Assembly: GCA_963847705.1 (NCBI GenBank)
Contig: CAWKBC010000032.1
Coordinates: 160,001-224,000, forward strand
Direction of reading: 5' to 3'
DNA length: 64,000 bases
Source: an uncultured Pseudomonadota bacterium
GTDB taxonomy: Bacteria > Myxococcota_A > Polyangia > Fen-1088
In this document: piece by piece, positions 55,438 through 64,000 of the stretch
Layout of the letters: each line of letters opens with the position of its first letter
Position numbering within the stretch: the first letter of the stretch is position 1
Program-made: the position numbers and the translations under genes
The notes under the pieces: generated by a model
The model's input: only the letters and a program-made list of their open reading frames with translations
Database searches by the model: none
What the model was told of the DNA's origin: nothing

Positions 55438-55457
55438 AGCTGTACACTCGACGACCG

Positions 55458-55700
55458 ATGACAGCTGTCTCCGTACGCCGCGCGGCACCCGAGGACGCCG
55501 AGGCTGCCGTCGCGGTCGTCCGTGAGTCGATCACCCGGCTCTGCGTCGCCGACCACCAGAACGATCCGGTCACGCTCGAGTCCTGGCTTCAGAACAAGAC
55601 GGTCGACAACTTTGCTCGCTGGCTCGCCAGCGGGGACAACCATCTGGTCGTCTCGGTGCTCGACTCGATGATTGCCGGCATCGCTCTGCTTCCCCTATGA
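55458..55700 (+). pseudogene. Cassette 4: truncated GNAT acetyltransferase
   Basis: VRRAAPEDA…RESITRLC..DH.ND…WL.NKT N-terminus stops at 80 aa, before the acetyl-CoA-binding motif. Confidence 0.7.
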
Positions 55701-55730
55701 GAAGGCCATCCTTCCCCTGCCGAGGTAGCC

Positions 55731-55925
55731 ATGGATGATGCGGACTTCGAAGGGACGCTGGTTCTGGAACAGCTGGCGGCCATCGGGAAGGTGGAGGACT
55801 TCTTCGACGCCGTCGACTCCGACGACGTCGAGCGGGCCACGGCGCTGATGAAGAGAGCCAAGCTGGACGCCGCCACCATCGCGACCGTGGTCCGCAAGAT
55901 GGAGGAGAGCGACGGCGAGCACTGA
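55731..55925 (+). CDS. Small acidic hypothetical protein (64 aa)
   Basis: GAGG RBS, host-like codon usage. Confidence 0.65.
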   Translation: MDDADFEGTLVLEQLAAIGKVEDFFDAVDSDDVERATALMKRAKLDAATIATVVRKMEESDGEH

Positions 55926-55954
55926 CCGTTCGTCGGCTGGCTCCCTTCTGCTGG

Positions 55955-56605
55955 CTACTGCTGCGCCGCGAGCTGCCGGATATCGGCGACCTCGAGCACG
56001 GGCTTGGGCGCACCGAAGCGGACCGCGTTGATCATGGCGCGCCCCACATCCGAGAGCCGCATGCCCGGGAAGAACAGATTGAGCAGTGGATAGATCACCA
56101 CCAGCAGGCGGCCGCCCTTGATGTTCTTCTGGCCGGCCGTCGGCTTCATGAGCGACGGCCGAAAGTTGTAGACGCCCTTGAAGGGCAGACGAATGAGCGC
56201 GTTTTCCGCCTTGCCCTTCACGCGCGCCCACATCACCTTGCCCCGCTCGGTGCCGTCGGTGTGGGCGCCCGAGACGTGCACCAGGACCATGCCTGGATTC
56301 AGGCGCAGCAAGCTGGTCGCGAACGCGACCGGCGTATCGTAGGTCACGACGGTGTAGTCCGCTTCGCTCATTCCGACCGAGCTGATCCCGGCGCAATAGA
56401 AGCAGGCGTCGTAGCCGGTGAGCGCCGGCTCCACCGCGCTCACGTCTCGAAAGTCTGGCACCAGGAGCTCGCTCAGCTTGGGGTGCGTTCGGCCGGACGC
56501 GCGACGCGAGACCGACAACACACGCTCGACGAGCGGGTTCTCCAGGCATTCGAGCAGCACGCCTTCGCCGACCATACCCGTGGCACCGGTCAGGATGACC
56601 TTCAT
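55955..56605 (-). CDS. NAD(P)-binding epimerase/dehydratase-like protein
   Basis: TGATGMVG, YDACFYC.G, WARVKGKAEN and FRP motifs. Confidence 0.9.
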   Translation of the reverse strand: MKVILTGATGMVGEGVLLECLENPLVERVLSVSRRASGRTHPKLSELLVPDFRDVSAVEPALTGYDACFYCAGISSVGMSEADYTVVTYDTPVAFATSLLRLNPGMVLVHVSGAHTDGTERGKVMWARVKGKAENALIRLPFKGVYNFRPSLMKPTAGQKNIKGGRLLVVIYPLLNLFFPGMRLSDVGRAMINAVRFGAPKPVLEVADIRQLAAQQ

Positions 56606-56691
56606 GGTCGCAGTCTAGTCGCGACCCGGAGGCAAAACACCCGCGGGGTCGCCCCCTGCCCCGGGCTCACAGAGACCGGGCGAATCCAGAC

Positions 56692-57303
56692 TCACGGACG
56701 CTCTGATCGAGCTGCGCGCCTGCGCATCAGCCGGCGCAGCGGCTCGTCGAGCAGGTTGACCAGGTATCCGACCAGCGCCCGCTTGGGCGCGATCAGGCTG
56801 ATGACCATCGTCACCACCGCGGCCACGATCAAGATCGACAGGCTGGTCCGCGCCTTTCGCGCCACGCTCGGCTCGATTGACTCGAGCGAAATCATGCGCA
56901 GAGCGGTGACCGCCATCAGAATGATCACCACCGCGTAGCCCCACACCGCCGGAACGAACGAGGGGTATCGCCCGACCACCATGGTGGTGAAAGGGACGAA
57001 GGTGGTGAGCAAAAGGTTGACCAGCGCCGTGCGCGTGTACCGGTCGTTGACCTCCTCGCCGCGGGGCGAGCTGCGCACGATCCCGAACCAGCGAAGCCCC
57101 AGCACGTAGAAGCTGACGACGTACACCAGCGCCTGATTGCCCAGCGCCGCAAGGCCGTGGACGAGCTCCCGTCCGTCGCGGGGGTGGAAGCCCTCCGGCA
57201 ACCGGAGGTCGATCACCAACAACGTCATGGCCACGGCAAACACGCCGTCCGTGAGCGCGTCCAGACGCAGCTTGGGAATTGCGGCGTGTGCCTTCGGTGT
57301 CAT
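56692..57303 (-). CDS. TMEM175 (DUF1211) family potassium-channel-like protein
   Basis: RLDALTDGVFAVAMTLLV, YVVSF and FVPFTT motifs. Confidence 0.85.
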   Translation of the reverse strand: MTPKAHAAIPKLRLDALTDGVFAVAMTLLVIDLRLPEGFHPRDGRELVHGLAALGNQALVYVVSFYVLGLRWFGIVRSSPRGEEVNDRYTRTALVNLLLTTFVPFTTMVVGRYPSFVPAVWGYAVVIILMAVTALRMISLESIEPSVARKARTSLSILIVAAVVTMVISLIAPKRALVGYLVNLLDEPLRRLMRRRAARSERP

Positions 57304-57398
57304 TCCGGCCCGACGGCCGGACCTTACCACTGGTGCGGCCCCCGACGGCCGCAGCCCCGCGACGACCTCGGCCCCCCGCTCCAGGAGGGCGAGGTTGG

Positions 57399-58703
57399 TC
57401 AGGCGCGCGGCGCGGCGGCGGCCTCTGCGCAGGCCGCCGCGCGGGCCAGCAGCAGCGCGCGCTCGCGGGCGTTCTGGGTGAGCGCGGCGGCGCGTTCCAG
57501 CTCGGCGCGCGCCTCGTCGAAGCGCCCCAGCTTGGTGAGAAAATCGCCGCGCACGCTCGGCAAGAGGTGGTAGCCGGCCAGCGCCGGATTGTCCTTGAGC
57601 GTGTCGAGCACCTTCAAGCCGGCTTCGGGACCGAACAGCATCGCCAGCGCGATGGCGCGATTGAGCTCCACGATCGGGGACGGCGCGACCTCGCCCAGGG
57701 TGCCGTAGAGGCCGGCGATGCGCGCCCAGTCGGTGTCGGCGGCGGTCCGCGCGCGGGCGTGGCAGGCGGCCAGCGCGGCCTGCAGCGCGTAGGGACCGCG
57801 CGCGCCGCCGAGCGCCTCGGCCCGCTCCAGCGCCGTGAGGCCGCGGCGGATCGAGAGCTGATCCCAGCGCGAACGGTCCTGCTCGAGCAACAGGATCGGC
57901 TCTCCGGTCGGCCCCCGCCGGGCGTGCGCGCGCGAGGCCTGGATCTCCATCAGCGCGACGAGGCCGTGCACCTCGGGCTCGTCGGGCGCCAGCCCCGCCA
58001 GCACGCGCCCCAGGCGGAGCGCGTCCTCACACAGCTCGGGGCGCATCCAGTCGTCGCCCGCCGTGGCCGCGTAGCCTTCATTGAAGATGAGGTAGATGAC
58101 CTCCAGCACCGAGGCCAGCCGCGCCACCCGGTCGGCGCCGCGCGGGACCTCGAAGGGGACCTGCGCCTCGCCGAGAGTCTTCTTGGCACGGACGATCCGC
58201 TGCGCGATGGTCGGCTCTGGAACCAAGAAGGCGCGCGCGATCTCGGCGGTGGTCAAGCCGCCCAACAGGCGCAGCGTCATCGCCACCCGCGCCTCGGCCG
58301 ACAGCACCGGATGGCAGGCGGTGAAGATCAGGCGCAGCAGATCATCCCCCAGGTTCTCCTCGTCGAGATCGCGCTCGATGCGCGCCTCCAGCTCGGCCCC
58401 TCGCTCCTCCTGCCCCGACGCGACGGCGCGCGCCAGCTCCTCGTGCTTGCCGAGGAGCAGCTTGTCGCGCCGGAGCTCGTCGATGGCGCGGTGTTTGGCG
58501 GTGGTCATCAGCCAGGCGCCCGGGTTCTCCGGAACGCCCGACTCCGGCCACCGCTCGAGCGCCGCCACCAGCGCGTCCTGCGCCAGCTCCTCGGCGAGAC
58601 CGACGTCGCGCACCAGGCGCGCCAGCCCCGCGTAGAGCTTGGGCGACTCAATCCGCCACAGCGCCTCGATCCGGCGCCGCACCTCGTCCGCGGGGACGGT
58701 CAC
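57399..58703 (-). CDS. ECF sigma factor with long C-terminal TPR-like extension
   Basis: AEELAQDA, WLMTTAK..AID, DDLLRLIFTACHP, AQRIVRAK, IFNEGY, QDRSRWD, YALQAA and PIVELNRA motifs. Confidence 0.92.
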   Translation of the reverse strand: MTVPADEVRRRIEALWRIESPKLYAGLARLVRDVGLAEELAQDALVAALERWPESGVPENPGAWLMTTAKHRAIDELRRDKLLLGKHEELARAVASGQEERGAELEARIERDLDEENLGDDLLRLIFTACHPVLSAEARVAMTLRLLGGLTTAEIARAFLVPEPTIAQRIVRAKKTLGEAQVPFEVPRGADRVARLASVLEVIYLIFNEGYAATAGDDWMRPELCEDALRLGRVLAGLAPDEPEVHGLVALMEIQASRAHARRGPTGEPILLLEQDRSRWDQLSIRRGLTALERAEALGGARGPYALQAALAACHARARTAADTDWARIAGLYGTLGEVAPSPIVELNRAIALAMLFGPEAGLKVLDTLKDNPALAGYHLLPSVRGDFLTKLGRFDEARAELERAAALTQNARERALLLARAAACAEAAAAPRA

Positions 58704-58885
58704 ATGCAGCAGGAGTCGAAGTAGCGGCACTCCGGGCACTGGTAGTGCGCCTTGACCGGCAGCATCTTGACCCGGCGGCCGCGCCCGGCACACACGGGGC
58801 ATTCCGTATCGGGGTCGATGGCGCAGGCGGGGAGTCCCGGCTCGGCTTTGACATCGCGGAGGTCACAATCGCGGGTGTCGGGCAT
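58700..58885 (-). CDS. Cys-rich zinc-finger microprotein (61 aa)
   Basis: CPVC…HYQCPECRYFDSCCM; TATGCT 6 nt before the ATG; stop overlaps the ECF GTG start. Confidence 0.7.
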   Translation of the reverse strand: MPDTRDCDLRDVKAEPGLPACAIDPDTECPVCAGRGRRVKMLPVKAHYQCPECRYFDSCCM

Positions 58886-59082
58886 GGGCCGAGCATACCC
58901 GAACCCCACCCCACCGACCGAGGCATCAGCGGTCGCCACAGACCAGCCCAGGCGCCGCGCCTTCAGCGTTCGGTCGCGGACGTTCGATTTTTGACACCTC
59001 CGGGCGGCGCCCTGCGTCGTTCATCAAATCCAGACAAAACCGAAACCCGGACGACCCCCCCCATATGGTGGAATCACCGCCA

Positions 59083-61620
<2,538 letters not shown>

Positions 61621-61644
61621 GGCCTGGTAAGGTCCCCCTCCTCC

Positions 61645-64000
61645 ATGGCCATCCGCGTCGGTCTCACCCACACCTCCCGCTACCGCTACGACCGCGAGGT
61701 CACGCTGCAGCCCCACGTCGTCCGCCTGCGCCCTGCCCCGCACGGCCGCACGCCGATCCTCGCCTACTCGTTGCGGGTCACGCCCAAGGACCACTTCCTC
61801 AACTGGCAGCAGGATCCCTTCGGCAACTACCAGGCGCGGCTCGTCTTCAACAAGCCGGCGCGCGAGCTGACCGTCGAGGTCGATCTGGTCGCCGAGATGA
61901 TCGCCCTCAACCCCTTCGACTTCTTCGTCGAGGAATACGCGGAGAACTACGGGTTCCGCTACGAGGCCTCGCTGGCCCGGGAGCTGGCGCCCTACAGCAT
62001 GCAGTCGGCGCCCGAGGCGCGATTCGGCAAGCTGATCGAAGAGATCCACGGCAAGTACGCGCGCCCGGGACGCCGCAACATCGACGTGCTGGTCGACATC
62101 AACCGCGACATCTCCCAGCGGCTTCGCTACGACCTGCGGATGGAGCCAGGGGTGTTCGAACCCGAAGAGACGCTGGTTCGAGGCCACGGCTCCTGCCGCG
62201 ACTTCGCCTGGCTGGAGGTCGAGCTCCTGCGCCGCCTCGGCTACGCCGCGCGGTTCGTCTCGGGCTACTCGATCCAGCTCAAGCCGGACGTCAAGCCGCT
62301 CGACGGGGGCCCGGCCGGCGTCTCGGAGGACATCGCCGATCTGCACGCCTGGGTGGAGGTCTATCTGCCCGGCGCCGGCTGGATCGGCCTCGACGCGACC
62401 AGCGGCCTGCTCGCCGGAGAGGGGCACATCCCGCTGGCCGCCACCGCCTGGCCGACCACGGCGGCGGCCATCAGCGGCTCGTTCACCTTCAACGCCAGGA
62501 AGGAGGGTGACAAGGTCGAGGAGACGGCCACGTTCGCCATGCGCGTCCAGCGCGTGGTTGAAACGGCGCGGGTCACCAAGCCCTACCGCGAGGACCAGTG
62601 GGCGGCGATCAACGCCCTCGGCGCGCGGGTCGATCAGGATCTCCAGCGGTACGACGTCCGGCTGACGATGGGCGGCGAGCCGACCTTCGTCTCGATCGAC
62701 GACCGGGACGCGCCCGAATGGAACATCGCCGCGCTCGGCGACGGCAAGCGGCGGTTGGCCGACAAGCTGGCACGGCGGCTGCGCGCGCGGTTCGCGCCGG
62801 GCGGCCTCATGCACCACGGCCAGGGCAAGTGGTATCCGGGCGAGCCGCTCCCCCGCTGGGCTTACGCCATCTACTTCCGGCGCGACGGTGAGCCGGTCTG
62901 GACCGACCCGACGCTGTTCGCCCTGGAGCCGGACCCGAGCCGGCCGACCAGCCCGGCCGACCGGCTGGCCGCGCAGGGGTTCGTCTCGGCGCTCGCCAAT
63001 CGGCTCGGGCTCGGCGAGGAGCTGGCGCAGCCCGCTTACGAGGACGCCTTCTACTATCTGTGGCGCGAGCGCCGACTCCCCGTGAACGTGAACGTGCTGG
63101 AGAGCAAGCTCGAGGATCCGATCGAGCGCGCCCGGCTGGCGCGCGTGTTCGGGGCCGGGCTCGGCGAGGTGGCGGGCTACATCCTGCCGCTGCGCCCCCG
63201 GACCTTCGACGATCTGGTCCTCTGGGAGAGCGGCCGCTGGTCGATGCGCGAAGGGCACCTCTTCCTGCTGCCCGGCGACTCACCGATGGGGTATCGGCTG
63301 CCGCTCGACGGCCTCCCCTGGGAGTCGGAAGGGGACCGCATGCAGATCTTCGCGCGCGATCCGCTGGCGGCCCGACCGCCGCTGGGGACGACCATTCGCC
63401 GCGGGCCCGCACCGAAGCCGGACAAGACGCCCGACAAGACGAAGCAGCCGGTGCCGAGCAACGTGGTCCGCACCGCCCTCTGCGTCGAGCCGCGCGAGGG
63501 GATGTTGCACATCTTCATGCCGCCGGTGGAGCTGCTCGAGGAGTACCTGGCGCTGGTGGCCGCCGTGGAGGACGTCGCCCACACCCGCAAGCAACCGGTG
63601 CGGATCGAAGGCTACCACCCACCTACGGACTACCGACTCGATCGCCTCTCGGTCACGCCCGATCCCGGCGTCATCGAGGTGAACGTCCACCCGACGCGCA
63701 CCTGGAGCGATCTCACCGAGATGACCGAGGCGCTCTACGAAGAGGCGCGCCTCTGTCGCCTCGGCACCGAGAAGTTCATGCTCGACGGGCGCCACACCGG
63801 AACCGGCGGCGGCAACCACATCGTCCTCGGCGGCGCGACGCCCTCGGACAGTCCGTTTCTGCGGCGGCCGGACATGCTGCGCAGCCTGGTCGGCTACTTC
63901 GTCAACCACCCATCGCTCTCTTATCTCTTCTCCGGCATGTTCGTCGGGCCGACCAGCCAGGCGCCGCGCCTCGACGAGGCCCGGCAGGACAACGTCCACG
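61645..64000 (+). CDS. Partial transglutaminase-like / DUF2126 protein (runs off the window end)
   Basis: MAIRVGLTH…NWQQDPFGNY, GSCRD (catalytic Cys), LHAWVEVYLPGAGWIG.D, TMGGEPTF, TPDPGVIEVN and GTGGGNH; in frame at the window end. Confidence 0.92.
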   Translation, partial: MAIRVGLTHTSRYRYDREVTLQPHVVRLRPAPHGRTPILAYSLRVTPKDHFLNWQQDPFGNYQARLVFNKPARELTVEVDLVAEMIALNPFDFFVEEYAENYGFRYEASLARELAPYSMQSAPEARFGKLIEEIHGKYARPGRRNIDVLVDINRDISQRLRYDLRMEPGVFEPEETLVRGHGSCRDFAWLEVELLRRLGYAARFVSGYSIQLKPDVKPLDGGPAGVSEDIADLHAWVEVYLPGAGWIGLDATSGLLAGEGHIPLAATAWPTTAAAISGSFTFNARKEGDKVEETATFAMRVQRVVETARVTKPYREDQWAAINALGARVDQDLQRYDVRLTMGGEPTFVSIDDRDAPEWNIAALGDGKRRLADKLARRLRARFAPGGLMHHGQGKWYPGEPLPRWAYAIYFRRDGEPVWTDPTLFALEPDPSRPTSPADRLAAQGFVSALANRLGLGEELAQPAYEDAFYYLWRERRLPVNVNVLESKLEDPIERARLARVFGAGLGEVAGYILPLRPRTFDDLVLWESGRWSMREGHLFLLPGDSPMGYRLPLDGLPWESEGDRMQIFARDPLAARPPLGTTIRRGPAPKPDKTPDKTKQPVPSNVVRTALCVEPREGMLHIFMPPVELLEEYLALVAAVEDVAHTRKQPVRIEGYHPPTDYRLDRLSVTPDPGVIEVNVHPTRTWSDLTEMTEALYEEARLCRLGTEKFMLDGRHTGTGGGNHIVLGGATPSDSPFLRRPDMLRSLVGYFVNHPSLSYLFSGMFVGPTSQAPRLDEARQDNVH

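Larger units (their letters stand above)
53510..55700 (+). mobile_element. Integron gene-cassette array lacking a local integrase (CALIN-like)
   Basis: Four co-oriented short ORFs with visibly lower GC, separated by attC hairpins. Confidence 0.8.

Overview
High-GC bacterial chromosome segment. Its gene content (several ECF sigma/TPR modules, Gly/Pro-rich-linker lipoproteins, WGSGPNDVW-repeat protein) suggests a Myxococcota/Polyangia-like organism; that assignment is inference. About 60 genes are supported. They include oxyR-ahpC-ahpD, a MATE pump, two ECF sigma/TPR anti-sigma/outer-membrane-protein modules, a HipA-like kinase-DUF3037 pair, and an orphan radical-SAM/B12-radical-SAM/methyltransferase/glycosyltransferase cluster. 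Also present are dispersed DNA-repair genes (5'-3' flap nuclease, PolX-PHP, Prim-Pol, LigC), ABC-F, GH30, an M28 peptidase, glgP and a partial DUF2126 transglutaminase. Signals not explained by the ORF track: (1) an integrase-less integron cassette array (attI-like site plus 2-3 attC sites, 53.5-55.7 kb); (2) a promoter, 24-codon leader peptide and competing hairpins ahead of the MATE gene; (3) a 16-bp motif shared upstream of both ECF modules; (4) a zinc-finger microprotein coupled to an ECF sigma; (5) frequent leaderless gene starts; (6) OxyR, TetR, WYL and AraC operator-like sites; (7) two single-base frameshifts and gene remnants. No rRNA, tRNA, CRISPR or transposase was seen. All family calls come from recognising motifs by eye, not from database searches.
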